IMG/VR virus record: IMGVR_UViG_3300044974_001280
Span: 124,001-188,000 of that record
Reading direction: 5' to 3' (one strand)
DNA: 64,000 nt
Part shown: positions 28,774 to 38,986 of the stretch, in pieces
How positions within the stretch are numbered: the first letter of the stretch is position 1
How the letters are laid out: the number at the start of each line of letters is the position of its first letter
Notes under the pieces: generated by a model
Database searches by the model: none
What the model was told of the DNA's origin: nothing
What the model saw: the letters and a program-made list of their open reading frames with translations, nothing else
Translations under genes and position numbers: made by a program

Positions 28774-28808
28774 AATTTTTTAGTCAACCTGTCATATAAA
28801 ATGCACTT

Positions 28809-29069
28809 ATGAAAAAAATAGAACCAATAGACCTCCAAAAATTCCAGGAATTTGAGCAAGAAATTCTCCAACTTGAAGTTCCCCGTGTCAAGTACACTCC
28901 AGATTTAGAAATTCAGGCCGAAGTCAGAAGACAGGTCCTAGCTGAGAATTTCGGGGAAGAGAAGCTGGCCGAAGTTTTGGCTGCAACTGGATTCGAAGCC
29001 CGAGATCTAGGAGTAGATCACCTCTTTTTTCAAGTTAACAAAACCCTTCAAAATACCCTGGCCCAGTGA
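28809..29069 (+). CDS. Hypothetical protein
   Basis: 86-aa ORF after a GAAAT-type promoter. Confidence 0.55.
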   Translation: MKKIEPIDLQKFQEFEQEILQLEVPRVKYTPDLEIQAEVRRQVLAENFGEEKLAEVLAATGFEARDLGVDHLFFQVNKTLQNTLAQ

Positions 29070-29410
29070 GCAGTTTTACTAGAAACTTCGATTTGTCCGG
29101 TTGGGGATCTTCCTTTGAAGATCATCCACAACACGCCGTGCTGAAGAAAAATATCGATCGGGCAGTCCACGATATTTTTCTTCAGGCTCTGAGAGAGCAA
29201 CACAATGAATTCTTATCAATTTTCGAGTCCGAGAATAAAATCGAAGACTTTGTCAGCAGAACTCTGAAATATTGGGAGGAGGAAGAAAAATATGAAATTT
29301 GCGCCGAGATTCAAAAATTAAAAACGCAGGTCATTCAGAAATGGAAGGGGATGCCTCTCATAGATAAAACACAGGCCAAAAAATTAAGGGATTTTTTACA
29401 GGGTCTTTAA
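29066..29410 (+). CDS. Small protein with UVR-like motif
   Basis: [20 protein letters not shown]. Confidence 0.6.
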   Translation: MSSFTRNFDLSGWGSSFEDHPQHAVLKKNIDRAVHDIFLQALREQHNEFLSIFESENKIEDFVSRTLKYWEEEEKYEICAEIQKLKTQVIQKWKGMPLIDKTQAKKLRDFLQGL

Positions 29411-29415
29411 ACTGT

Positions 29416-30459
29416 ATGAAGAATTATTATCAAATTCTTGGGGTGACCAAAGAATCTACTCCGGAGGAAATCAAAAAGAATTACCGAAAGCTAGCTCTTC
29501 AATACCATCCAGATAAAAACAATCAGGATCCTGCTGCCGCCGAAAAATTCAAAGAAGTTTCTGAAGCCTATGAGGTTCTAAGCAATCCCCAAAAAAAGTC
29601 TCAATATGATCGGCCTGCGTCCCCATTTGGAAATCATCCTTTCCAGGGAGGAAGAGGACCATTCCAATGGGGATTTGGAGATCTTTTTAACAATTTTAAT
29701 AATAATACTACCTATAATGGAGGTATAAGAAGGGGCAAAAATATCACCGCAAAACTCCAGGTGACTCTAGAGGAGAGCATCAAGGGTTCTAAGAAGATCG
29801 TTAACATCTTTAGAAGATTGCCCTGCAATCCCTGTCAAGGAACTGGAGCTAAAGACGGTAAAATTAGAATCTGCCCTGCTTGCATGAGTTTGGGTTTCAT
29901 TAAAAAGGTCGTCAATACTGGATTTGGTCAAATGTCGATCGATGAAACCTGCTATACCTGTTCGGGGATCGGTGAGATAGCGGAAGAGCTTTGTATCTAT
30001 TGTACAGGATCTGGCACCATCAGAAAAACAGATCAGGTTGAAATAAAAATTCCCGCTGGATCCGTCTCTGGGATTTCTTTTAAACTGGATGGCAAAGGTG
30101 ATTTTGATAAAGTACCTTGCGATCCTGGGGATCTGATCGTCGTTGTAGAAGATATGGACCATCCATTTTACAAAAGAGATGGCATTAATTTAATCTGCGA
30201 CTGCGAGATCAACTTTGTTCAGGCTTGCCTTGGGACTGAAGTCAAAATCCCGAGTCTGGAAAATCCTGATCGTGAATATAAAATTTCTATTCCCCCGGGC
30301 ACGGATCCTGGTAAAATATTGAGACTGGCGGGGAAAGGTGTTCCTGAATTTAACACTGATTTTAGAGGAGATCTTCTGGTGAGAATTAAACTGCTAATTC
30401 CCAAGGAGCTGGATGAAACTCAGCGGGAATTTCTGGCTACATATCAAAAAATATTTTAA
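29416..30459 (+). CDS. dnaJ: Molecular chaperone DnaJ
   Basis: J domain with HPD, G/F region, four CxxC zinc-finger repeats, C-terminal domain. Confidence 0.95.
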   Translation: MKNYYQILGVTKESTPEEIKKNYRKLALQYHPDKNNQDPAAAEKFKEVSEAYEVLSNPQKKSQYDRPASPFGNHPFQGGRGPFQWGFGDLFNNFNNNTTYNGGIRRGKNITAKLQVTLEESIKGSKKIVNIFRRLPCNPCQGTGAKDGKIRICPACMSLGFIKKVVNTGFGQMSIDETCYTCSGIGEIAEELCIYCTGSGTIRKTDQVEIKIPAGSVSGISFKLDGKGDFDKVPCDPGDLIVVVEDMDHPFYKRDGINLICDCEINFVQACLGTEVKIPSLENPDREYKISIPPGTDPGKILRLAGKGVPEFNTDFRGDLLVRIKLLIPKELDETQREFLATYQKIF

Positions 30460-30460
30460 G

Positions 30461-30823
30461 ATGTTTATTTATTCTTTTATAGGCTGGGGAATCACCAATC
30501 TTTTAGTCAATGGGTCTATTTTTGATGATATCAGAAATTACCTTCTCGTGATGCACCCTAAGTTGGGTAAACTCCTCACCTGTATGCAATGCTCTGGGTT
30601 TTGGGTAGGTGTACTTCTGGGTCTTTTTAATTTTGCCGGAATCATTGAGAACCCTTGGTCCGATTTTTTTCAATTTCAAGGGGAAACGGCAGGCAAAATC
30701 AGGCATTTTATAGAATTTTTGCTCCTTATTTTCACCTCGGGCGTTTGGATCAGCGGAGTGAGTGTCATCTTCAACACCCTCCTGATAACTTTTGCCAAAA
30801 TGGGAATGAAAAAAGAACTATAA
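30461..30823 (+). CDS. Membrane protein (DUF1360-like)
   Basis: Hydrophobic helices with LLTCMQCSGFW. Confidence 0.55.
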   Translation: MFIYSFIGWGITNLLVNGSIFDDIRNYLLVMHPKLGKLLTCMQCSGFWVGVLLGLFNFAGIIENPWSDFFQFQGETAGKIRHFIEFLLLIFTSGVWISGVSVIFNTLLITFAKMGMKKEL

Positions 30824-30849
30824 GGGATATATAAAGAAAAAAATCCCTC

Positions 30850-31920
30850 ATGAAATCATCTAAAGTTCTGAATTTTCAAGATTTTCTCGGTCTGTCAACG
30901 GACAGAATAACAGAGAATGAAAAAATTCAGGATATTTTAAAAGATGCCATTGGGGAAGTTGCCCCACTGATTCCCAAAACAGGGGGAGAAAGCGGTGGTC
31001 TAAAAGAACCAATTATCAAGTCAGGTAAAGATTTACAGAATATGTTTTGGTCTACCAGTATGGGCAAGAGATTTTTAGAAAAAACGGATGAAGATTATCG
31101 AAAGCAGATGTCCGAGAAAGGTCTCCTAGACAGCAAATATTTATCTGATGAAGGAACTGGATCAAGAAATGCACCTTCCGGCAATATCTCAAAGGAAAAA
31201 GAATTGCAAGATATGCTCGATAGAATGGGAATGGGAAAAAGTGGAGATATAGATTTCGGTAAGTTACCAGACGGAGGATCTTACGAATTTAGTGAGGCCA
31301 AAGAAATGGATTGGAGTGATCTCAGCCAACTATTGAAAAAAGAAGGAATCAAGTACCCGTCCGATAAATACACTCTTGTTGCTCTGAGAAACAACCTGGT
31401 GGTGAAGAAAAAAATGCCCAATCGTTTCACCGATGCACTTTTCTTACTAGGTCCCGACTCCAATAAAACAGTCCAATTTTATCCAGCCACCACCACACCT
31501 GGGCCAGCCTTTATGGTAAAAAGTTATCGGAATTTAATGGCTAGTAGGGGCAATGCTTCCGGCATTAACCCCAAGGGGCTAGCCATCATTCAACCGGGTG
31601 TTTATACCTATAAATTGGGTAAGCACAAAGGGAAAGAGGATGCATTAATCCAGGCAGAACCAGTCACGGTTCATAGATACACGCCAGTCGATTCTGAAAG
31701 TCAGGCAACATTTAAAACTTTTTCACCGGGCAATGAAGAAAAAGGTGAATTTGGAATCAACATTCATCAAGGAGCTGATATAGATACCGTCGATAACATT
31801 AGCAGTGGCTGTCTTGCCACCCAGTACAAAAAAGACATGAAAGAGATCATCAAGAAATTGAAAGATGCCGGCCAAGATCAGATCGAATTGGTTCTTTTAG
31901 ATCTAGATTCAATTAATTAA
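30850..31920 (+). CDS. Putative YkuD/L,D-transpeptidase-like murein-acting protein
   Basis: ATTTPG...PGVY...GINIH...SSGC; N-terminus VLNFQDFL; GATATATA 30826-30833. Confidence 0.5.
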   Translation: MKSSKVLNFQDFLGLSTDRITENEKIQDILKDAIGEVAPLIPKTGGESGGLKEPIIKSGKDLQNMFWSTSMGKRFLEKTDEDYRKQMSEKGLLDSKYLSDEGTGSRNAPSGNISKEKELQDMLDRMGMGKSGDIDFGKLPDGGSYEFSEAKEMDWSDLSQLLKKEGIKYPSDKYTLVALRNNLVVKKKMPNRFTDALFLLGPDSNKTVQFYPATTTPGPAFMVKSYRNLMASRGNASGINPKGLAIIQPGVYTYKLGKHKGKEDALIQAEPVTVHRYTPVDSESQATFKTFSPGNEEKGEFGINIHQGADIDTVDNISSGCLATQYKKDMKEIIKKLKDAGQDQIELVLLDLDSIN

Positions 31921-31977
31921 CGGCTCAAGGGGAAACTTCTTATCTGCAGGGCTGCTACAATCTGAAAAATTAAAATC

Positions 31978-33342
31978 TTGAAAGTACTTAGTATCACAGA
32001 GCAGATCGAAACCCAGTATCGTGAATATGCCCTGTACGTCCTGCAATCCAGAGGTATACCTAATTTTTATGATTCATTGACCCCGGTCCAGAGGATCGTA
32101 CTAGAAAACAGCCCAGCTATTTTTCAAAAAACCATCGGCTTGGTAGGGGAGGTTATTCGAACTGGCAGATATCACCACGGAGATTCTTCAATCGCCGGAG
32201 CGATCTCTAAATTAGCCAGACCCTTTGGGTGCTCAGGGTCCCTGTTGGAAGGGGATGGTTTTTTTGGTTCTCCTGTCAATCCCAATCCCTCTGCTCCTAG
32301 GTACACCTCAGTCAGGGTCAATCGGGGCATCAAAGAAATCATCTTTAAACACTACGATCTGAATGAAAAGAACGAGGAAGGGGGTTTTGATTGGTTGCAC
32401 ATTGAAACCCCTATTGGACTTTTAACCCACATTGTGGGGATTGCCGTCGGATACAGAAGCAACATTCTACCGAGAAAACTAGAAGACATTCAAGAATTTT
32501 TAGAAGGCAAGAACAAGATTCTTAAACCACATTTCAAAGATTTTGGAGGCAAAATTTTCAAATACGAAGATCAGGATAACGTGTGGCTGCTCGAAAGCGG
32601 ATTTGAGGTTCAACCCGAAAAAAAATCGATCCGAATCTTTGATCTTCCTCCAGTTATGAGATATGATTCTTTCATGGATAAATTATTGACTAAACTGGAA
32701 AAAATGGGCAAGGAATACAGGTTGGGTAACAATTCGCAAAGTAAATGTGATCTGACTCTCACCTTCTCGAAACTTTCGGCACCAGAATTTTCTGTCATGA
32801 CGGACGCAGTTAAAAAGATGACCCAGATTATTGTTAAAGAAGATGTTGTTTTTATCAAAGACGGAGCAGTACGCCAATATTCTTCAATTAAAGAATACCT
32901 GGGGGAATTTGCGGTGCATCTGGAGGACCTAAAACTTAAAAGATTCATGAAAGATGAAAAGGATCTAACCCATGAGTTGGCCTATTTAGAGGCCAAACTC
33001 AAATTCCTAATCTACATGAGTCAAACTAGAAGAAAGAACGATGAGATTTCCCAGTTTCTAACCCAGTTTTCTAAAGAAATTGCAGGAAGACTTTCCTCTA
33101 TCCAATTGATTAAACTCTCCTCGAATCACATCCAAGAGACAGAGCAAGAAATCAAAGAGATCAAGTCTCGCCTTCAATCCACCAAAAAGGCAATCCAACA
33201 GCAACAAAAAGCAGTTGCCCAGATTAAAGCGACCCAGAAAAAAGGAGCGGCGGTGTTACTGGCAGGTCCAACCCAGACTGCTTTTAAATTATCAGATGCA
33301 GAGATAGAAATTTTTACCCCTAGCGACGAGGAACAAGAATAA
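31978..33342 (+). CDS. Type II topoisomerase breakage-reunion subunit (gp52/GyrA-like)
   Basis: R.IP...D.LTPVQR, YHHGDSS, SAPRYT catalytic Tyr, GIAVGY. Confidence 0.9.
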   Translation: MKVLSITEQIETQYREYALYVLQSRGIPNFYDSLTPVQRIVLENSPAIFQKTIGLVGEVIRTGRYHHGDSSIAGAISKLARPFGCSGSLLEGDGFFGSPVNPNPSAPRYTSVRVNRGIKEIIFKHYDLNEKNEEGGFDWLHIETPIGLLTHIVGIAVGYRSNILPRKLEDIQEFLEGKNKILKPHFKDFGGKIFKYEDQDNVWLLESGFEVQPEKKSIRIFDLPPVMRYDSFMDKLLTKLEKMGKEYRLGNNSQSKCDLTLTFSKLSAPEFSVMTDAVKKMTQIIVKEDVVFIKDGAVRQYSSIKEYLGEFAVHLEDLKLKRFMKDEKDLTHELAYLEAKLKFLIYMSQTRRKNDEISQFLTQFSKEIAGRLSSIQLIKLSSNHIQETEQEIKEIKSRLQSTKKAIQQQQKAVAQIKATQKKGAAVLLAGPTQTAFKLSDAEIEIFTPSDEEQE

Positions 33343-33349
33343 AACACCT

Positions 33350-34018
33350 ATGTCTTACCTAAATCACAACATTCCAACCCTCACCTGTTTTATCAGAAAT
33401 GAATTCTTATTCAATCACGAAAAAGGACACGGGGATCTAACCCTAGCCGATGTTCATTCGGTGGCATCTATTCAGAAAAGAGTTCCTCTCTTCGAGGCAT
33501 TTCTAGAAAATGGGGTTAACTGGACCCGCCGGCCCATTCATGCCTTTTGTTGGCACCGTCAGGCCGAAGTTCTTCCCCTCAGTGAACACATGTACTGGGA
33601 CTGTTTCAGTTCTTACATTGACGTCCAGGTAAGAGAAAGGCTGTCGGGTCTCAGGGCCGATCTGATTTCGATCACGGGGCTCAAAAGGCAGGGTGTCTAT
33701 CTATTTACCTTGGACTGGTCCCACGAAAACAGAAGTGTTCTAGACACCAATTTCTCAGAAACCCCCGAACACAAGTGCGGACACGTTTTTAAAATGGACA
33801 ATGGTAATTTCTTTATCTACCCCAACAACAGAATCATCTGGATGGATAATGCCTGGACTTTTAACCGGATTGATAAAAATCCCGGCTACAAGATCGACAT
33901 GAGGGTCTATTCTATCGAAGGGAATGGTAAATATGAAACAGACTACCATTACTTCACAAATTTCTCAGAAAAAAAATCAGATTCTCTTTGCGATGCATCG
34001 AAAGAATCCTCCATCTAA
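33350..34018 (+). CDS. Conserved hypothetical phage protein
   Basis: YLNHNIP...RNEFL...EHKCGH...DNGN...PNNR. Confidence 0.65.
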   Translation: MSYLNHNIPTLTCFIRNEFLFNHEKGHGDLTLADVHSVASIQKRVPLFEAFLENGVNWTRRPIHAFCWHRQAEVLPLSEHMYWDCFSSYIDVQVRERLSGLRADLISITGLKRQGVYLFTLDWSHENRSVLDTNFSETPEHKCGHVFKMDNGNFFIYPNNRIIWMDNAWTFNRIDKNPGYKIDMRVYSIEGNGKYETDYHYFTNFSEKKSDSLCDASKESSI

Positions 34019-34044
34019 ACCCTATAATAAAAAAATCTAAATCC

Positions 34045-34806
34045 ATGAAAATTAGAGTAACCAGCACGAGTAATTTCATCCTTTTTCTCAAGAAGCTAAA
34101 AGTCGTCGACCGAAGCGTCTTGCTAGAATTAACAGAAACGGATCTTTTTTGTAAAGTTCACACCCCCGATAAATCTGTCATGAAATTCTCCAGAATTCCC
34201 ACTAATCTTATTTTTGATTCCTTAACTGAATTTTCAGCCCTTAAGTGTGACAGAATTAAAATAGGTCTGCTGGATATTACCAGACTGATGGATAGCTTCC
34301 GCTATTTTAGGTCGGAGGAGGAAGTTTTTTTACACCTGGAAATTGCCACTATTGATGATGAGTGTGTCGCAACGGAATTAAAATTGATCTCCCCCTCTCT
34401 GAAAATAAGGATCAAATGTGCTGATCTATCTTTGCTTTCTTATGTGGAGGATTCCATTTCTGATCTGGTTCAAAGTCAAGAAGATGCCTTGGCCAGTTTC
34501 AAATTTTTTGTTTCTGATTTCTCTTCTGTTTCTTCCCTCTGTGGAATGGAGTCCAACTCCGAAGAGCTGCTAAACTTCTCACTTCACTCGGACTACGTCA
34601 GAGTTATCGGAGAATCTTTTGACTATAAATTGACTATTGGAAGCTCTGACATAGATTGTGCCAAGCCCTTAGATGCTTCGATTTACAAATCACATTTGAA
34701 CTATGTAGATCCTGAATCATGCATTTGCTTCTTCCATGAGAACAGAATAGTCTTTGCCTCTGATCAAACCCCTACTTCCACCGCTATCGGCATTATCGAA
34801 AAGTAG
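34045..34806 (+). CDS. Probable DNA polymerase sliding clamp (gp45/PCNA-like)
   Basis: About 250 aa acidic alpha/beta pattern, early-type promoter, near polymerase and topoisomerase genes; no diagnostic motif. Confidence 0.45.
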   Translation: MKIRVTSTSNFILFLKKLKVVDRSVLLELTETDLFCKVHTPDKSVMKFSRIPTNLIFDSLTEFSALKCDRIKIGLLDITRLMDSFRYFRSEEEVFLHLEIATIDDECVATELKLISPSLKIRIKCADLSLLSYVEDSISDLVQSQEDALASFKFFVSDFSSVSSLCGMESNSEELLNFSLHSDYVRVIGESFDYKLTIGSSDIDCAKPLDASIYKSHLNYVDPESCICFFHENRIVFASDQTPTSTAIGIIEK

Positions 34807-35608
34807 AGAAATATCCCCTCATATTGCTCAGAATTTTCACTTTTTTCTTCGTATTGAGATCTAGAACTTTTTCTAGCTCCCGTCTGAAATTGGCAACTTC
34901 TGGATATTCCCAAAACATAGCTAGATCCACCATGCGATCTGGATTATCGACAATATAATTCTTCAAGAAATTTACATCTAAAAAAGGAAGGGTTGAAATC
35001 AGAGCTTCAATACGGGTAAAATTTTTGGATTTAGCTTCTTCTAAGGCTTGTATCCAACCTAGATAATTCCATTTACCTTCATTAAAATCGACCAAATCGG
35101 AGTAAAAACCTTTCTTCAATTTAACTGGAGCTCCTACCAAACTGGTTAAGGGATTACCAAAGGCCAAGTACTGCCCACCAACTTCAACAGGACCCCCAAC
35201 TAGATCTTTAAGATTGTTGTTGTTGCAAGAGAAATTCTTCCCTATTTTAGTAGGTCCTCCCTGCAAGGAGGTCAAAGAGTTATCGCTACAGTTGAAACTT
35301 CCTTGAACTTCTTGTGGAAATCCCTCTAGATCTTGAAAAAAATTTCTAGTGCAATAAAAAACCCCGGTCACCTTGCCAAATCCGATCCCCTTGAAAATAT
35401 CAATTTCCCGGGTCTGATTAAAAGGTTCAGAAAGATAAAAATTGCCTGTGATGTCCACCCTGTCAGTTTTCCTGTTCATTTCCCAGGTGCCAACAACGTG
35501 TTTATTTAAGATTTCTGTTTGCTTTCTGGACAATCTTGTGCCAGCTGCCCGATCTCCTTTTTTTGCCTCGAAAATTTTAAAACTTTGAATGGGGTTCTCC
35601 TTTTGCAT
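34793..35608 (-). CDS. Divergent LRR-like repeat protein, paralog 4
   Basis: Four xFxCxxNxLxxLxGxP modules and similar caps; IQSFKIFEA N-terminus; GATATATA 35613-35620. Confidence 0.75.
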   Translation of the reverse strand: MQKENPIQSFKIFEAKKGDRAAGTRLSRKQTEILNKHVVGTWEMNRKTDRVDITGNFYLSEPFNQTREIDIFKGIGFGKVTGVFYCTRNFFQDLEGFPQEVQGSFNCSDNSLTSLQGGPTKIGKNFSCNNNNLKDLVGGPVEVGGQYLAFGNPLTSLVGAPVKLKKGFYSDLVDFNEGKWNYLGWIQALEEAKSKNFTRIEALISTLPFLDVNFLKNYIVDNPDRMVDLAMFWEYPEVANFRRELEKVLDLNTKKKVKILSNMRGYFSTFR

Positions 35609-35671
35609 CAATTATATATCTAGGAATGGAAACAAACCAGCCTTCTAGCATAAAATAAACACAATCAAAAA

Positions 35672-36826
35672 ATGTCGTACGAAAATTTGTCCCAATCAGA
35701 ACTGCTTCAGAAAAAAGAAGAACTGACCGCTCTGAAAAACGAATATAAGAATGAAGAACAGGCGATCAAATTGACCATGAATTCTATCTATGGTTCGATT
35801 GGGAACAGTTATTTTGTGTGTTTCAACCACGAGGTAGCAGAAGCCGTTACCCTTCAGGGTCAGGATATGATTAAATATTCGGAGAAGATAGTCAACCGGT
35901 ACTTCCACGATTTTTGGCACGAGGACGTAGAACTGCACGAAAAATTAGGTCTAACTGAGGTTAAAAGAGTGGCCAAACCCCTTGTCATTTACTCTGATAC
36001 TGATTCCAACTATGTTACCTTTGAGGAAGTCGTTGCTTCCTGTGATTGGCAGGGTGATCCCAAAGAACTTATTCTTGCCATTAACGATTTAAGGCTGAAA
36101 AACTACATCAAAAAATGTTTTGATCTTTACTCTAAGAAATGGAACACTGAAAACTACCAGGACTTTGAACTTGAAACAATCTCAAAGAATGCTATTTTCT
36201 TGGGTAAGAAAAAATATGTCACCAATCAAGTCTATGCCGACGGGATACACTCGGATCCTCTGACTTTTATTAAAACAACAGGGGTAGAAATGATCAAGGG
36301 AGGAACCCCCACTTTTGTCAGAGAAAAACTTCTTTATTTGACGAAGTATATTCTGTCTGTGGGTAAAAACTTCAACCTTAGAGAATTTGTTCAGGAGTTA
36401 AAGAGCATTAAAAAAGATTTCAAGGCCCAAGAAGCCGAGCAGATCTCTCTCGCAATATCGGTTAACAACTACGAAAAATTCATCCTGAATGACACGACAA
36501 AACTCGAGGTGAGCAAGTCCTGTCCGATTCACGTTAGAGCCTCCGCTTTCCATAATTTTCTGCTAAACAACTCCAAGTACAAAGAGAAATATCCTCTTCT
36601 GAGATCTGGAGATAAAGTCAGATTTTATTTCGTGCCGGTTAGATCCGAGGCAGAGAACAACGTCTTTGCCTATTCCCAGGGTAATTTTCCCTATGAATAC
36701 GCACCCCCAGTCAACTACGACGAACAGTTCACCAAAACAATTCTAGATCCTATTAACAGATTTATCGAAGTAATGGGCTTTCACCCAATCAGTCCAAATC
36801 TTTTCATGATCAACACTCTTTTTTAA
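35672..36826 (+). CDS. Family B DNA polymerase, C-terminal subunit (motifs B and C, thumb)
   Basis: KLTMNSIYG, VTLQGQ, YSDTDS, KKKY, TTGVE. Confidence 0.9.
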   Translation: MSYENLSQSELLQKKEELTALKNEYKNEEQAIKLTMNSIYGSIGNSYFVCFNHEVAEAVTLQGQDMIKYSEKIVNRYFHDFWHEDVELHEKLGLTEVKRVAKPLVIYSDTDSNYVTFEEVVASCDWQGDPKELILAINDLRLKNYIKKCFDLYSKKWNTENYQDFELETISKNAIFLGKKKYVTNQVYADGIHSDPLTFIKTTGVEMIKGGTPTFVREKLLYLTKYILSVGKNFNLREFVQELKSIKKDFKAQEAEQISLAISVNNYEKFILNDTTKLEVSKSCPIHVRASAFHNFLLNNSKYKEKYPLLRSGDKVRFYFVPVRSEAENNVFAYSQGNFPYEYAPPVNYDEQFTKTILDPINRFIEVMGFHPISPNLFMINTLF

Positions 36827-36829
36827 CTT

Positions 36830-37012
36830 ATGGGTTACCACCACACAATTTTACCCGATCCTGATACTCTGAGCAAAATCAGGGAAAATTTGGGGGATGA
36901 TTCAAAATTCCTCCAACTGTACTGGTACTCTCCTGATGCTGTTCTAGGTTCTGAGTCCTCTTTGTCCTACCTCCGTCAAATTTTAGAAAAGCATGAACAA
37001 GTACCAGTTTGA
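36830..37012 (+). CDS. Hypothetical protein
   Basis: 60-aa ORF immediately after the polymerase stop. Confidence 0.5.
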   Translation: MGYHHTILPDPDTLSKIRENLGDDSKFLQLYWYSPDAVLGSESSLSYLRQILEKHEQVPV

Positions 37013-37244
37013 AGATATTGCGGATGAAGAATTCGAGGCATATTGCCAGTATATGGACGAGACCTACCATCTGTTAGAAGAAAACCGTTTTTTGTTTATA
37101 AGTGATAAAAGTCTCTCCCCTTCTTTCAAATGTGAGAGGTTGGAAGAGCTGGTTGATTTCTTCACTTTGGAGGAACAGTACGAGAAATGTGCAGTGCTTC
37201 ACAAAATCAGAATAGCGGTGGAAATCGAATTCTTGATGCAGTAA
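36993..37244 (+). CDS. Small protein with UVR-like motif
   Basis: LVDFFTLEEQYEKCAVLHKIR. Confidence 0.6.
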   Translation: MNKYQFEDIADEEFEAYCQYMDETYHLLEENRFLFISDKSLSPSFKCERLEELVDFFTLEEQYEKCAVLHKIRIAVEIEFLMQ

Positions 37245-37301
37245 ACCATCTAATTTTTTCAGAGTTCTAGATATATAGAACATCTAAAAAAAATTCTCTG
37301 G

Positions 37302-38768
37302 ATGAATTCACTACCCGCCGTGTTAAATTTTTGCAACTTCTTGAACGAATCTAAAGAAGAAAAAGGAGTTGAACTCCTGATCCTCTCAGGCACGGTAAAA
37401 CCCAGTCCGACGTCCAAATCCTTCCTGGAGGAATGCCAAAAAAGGGGTATCCCTTGTTACGTTGTCAACATCAACAATGTGCAGCTTGAAAAAATCTATA
37501 ATGGACATCTACTCCGGGAGACCTCAGGGGACAAAAGAGAAATTTTCATAAATCCTGATGTGACCGCTATTATTCCTAGACGAGGGGTTATTTCCAATTC
37601 TCTGACCAAACAGATCATGAGAGAATTAGAAGCATCCCGTTATTTCTGTGTCAATTCTCTGGAATCTATCGAGGTGTGTGAGAGTAAATTCTTAACCTCA
37701 AAGGTGTTGGAAGAGAATGAACTTCCAGTTCCCAGATATGCCCTGGTGAACGGGGAAGAAAATCTGGATACTGCCTTGGAACAAATAGGTGGTCAGTTTC
37801 CTGTAGTAATGAAGTTGCTCTCGGGCACTCAGGGCATTGGGGTTTCAATTGTTGATTCTTACGCCTCTCTGAAATCTGTGTATCAAACGATTGCCAAATT
37901 GGATCCCGAAAAGGAAATTCTTATTCAGGAAAAAATTGACTCGAACTTTGATTTGAGAATTCAGGTCATCCTCAAAAGATTTGACCCTTTAATCACCAAA
38001 CCAAGCAATTGCATTATTCTTGGATCCATGAAAAGAGAAGCAGTAAAAAAGGATTTCAGAACCAATTACTCTCTAGGAGGTAAAGTTTCTGCCTATAATA
38101 TAGATGATAAAATTGCCGATTTAGCCTGTCGGGCTGCTAATTCTGTCGGTAGCCATTGGTGCGGGGTAGACATCATGATCGATAAAAAAACGAAAGAGCC
38201 GTATATTCTGGAGGTTAATTCCTCGCCTGGAACAGAAGGCATCTCTCAGGCCATAGGAAGACCCATTGTGGGGGACGTCATCGATTATGTCATCAATAAA
38301 AAGAATTGGATCTACTCTAGGATGGAGGTTGGTTATTTAGAGACGATTGAGATCCCAGAGATAGGAAAGCTTGTTGCCAAATTCGACACTGGAAATGGCT
38401 CCAGTGCCTCATCGATTCAGGCAGATGAAACGAAAGAAGTAGGAAATCAGCTGAAGTGGAAAATCGGGGGCAAAGAATTTACCAGCGACATTGTTGGTTA
38501 CACCGATACGGAAGTGGGTAGAGATAAAAGCAAGAGACCTATTATTCTGCTAGACGTCATGCTCAACGGGGTAAAGATCTCGGATGTAAAAGTTGCTCCC
38601 ACGGATAGGGTCCAAAAAAGCACTCCATTCCTGGCCAGCAGAGGCCTGATGAAAAAAATGGGGGTAATGGTTAATCCACACAAAGCCTTTGTCGTCACCG
38701 AGGAGATTAAAGGTTATAGACCTTTGAAAGCCAAAGGCAAACCCCATCTTGGCATTGAATTTTCTTAA
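37302..38768 (+). CDS. RimK-family ATP-grasp ligase fused to a retropepsin-like (RimB-type) protease
   Basis: FPVVMKLLSGTQGIGV, IQE, DLR, FRTNYSLGG, GVD, LEVNSSPG; C-terminal AKFDTGN; N-terminus VLNFCNFLNE. Confidence 0.85.
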   Translation: MNSLPAVLNFCNFLNESKEEKGVELLILSGTVKPSPTSKSFLEECQKRGIPCYVVNINNVQLEKIYNGHLLRETSGDKREIFINPDVTAIIPRRGVISNSLTKQIMRELEASRYFCVNSLESIEVCESKFLTSKVLEENELPVPRYALVNGEENLDTALEQIGGQFPVVMKLLSGTQGIGVSIVDSYASLKSVYQTIAKLDPEKEILIQEKIDSNFDLRIQVILKRFDPLITKPSNCIILGSMKREAVKKDFRTNYSLGGKVSAYNIDDKIADLACRAANSVGSHWCGVDIMIDKKTKEPYILEVNSSPGTEGISQAIGRPIVGDVIDYVINKKNWIYSRMEVGYLETIEIPEIGKLVAKFDTGNGSSASSIQADETKEVGNQLKWKIGGKEFTSDIVGYTDTEVGRDKSKRPIILLDVMLNGVKISDVKVAPTDRVQKSTPFLASRGLMKKMGVMVNPHKAFVVTEEIKGYRPLKAKGKPHLGIEFS

Positions 38769-38795
38769 AGATATATAAACCAAATAATAAACAAC

Positions 38796-38978
38796 ATGGC
38801 AAAAGCAGATAAAAGTGAAAAAATTCAGGTTCTCCTGTCATCTGAAGATCTGGAAGAACTTGGCAAAAAGATCTCAAAGCAAGCTCTAACCAAGGGCGAT
38901 CCTCCGGTTTCTATTTCTCACTACGTTAGAAAATTGATTCGGAGAGACCTGGGCAGAAGCACAACCTCCGACGATTGA
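38796..38978 (+). CDS. Ribbon-helix-helix-like small DNA-binding protein
   Basis: KIQVLLS...SISHYVRKLIRRDL; GATATATA 38770-38777. Confidence 0.5.
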   Translation: MAKADKSEKIQVLLSSEDLEELGKKISKQALTKGDPPVSISHYVRKLIRRDLGRSTTSDD

Positions 38979-38986
38979 TTCTAGGA

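Noticed and set aside
14100-35760. Split intein or intron joining the polymerase halves
   Set aside because: No Cys/Ser-start intein block or His-Asn end, and no intron-like non-coding region; both ends look like coiled-coil extensions.
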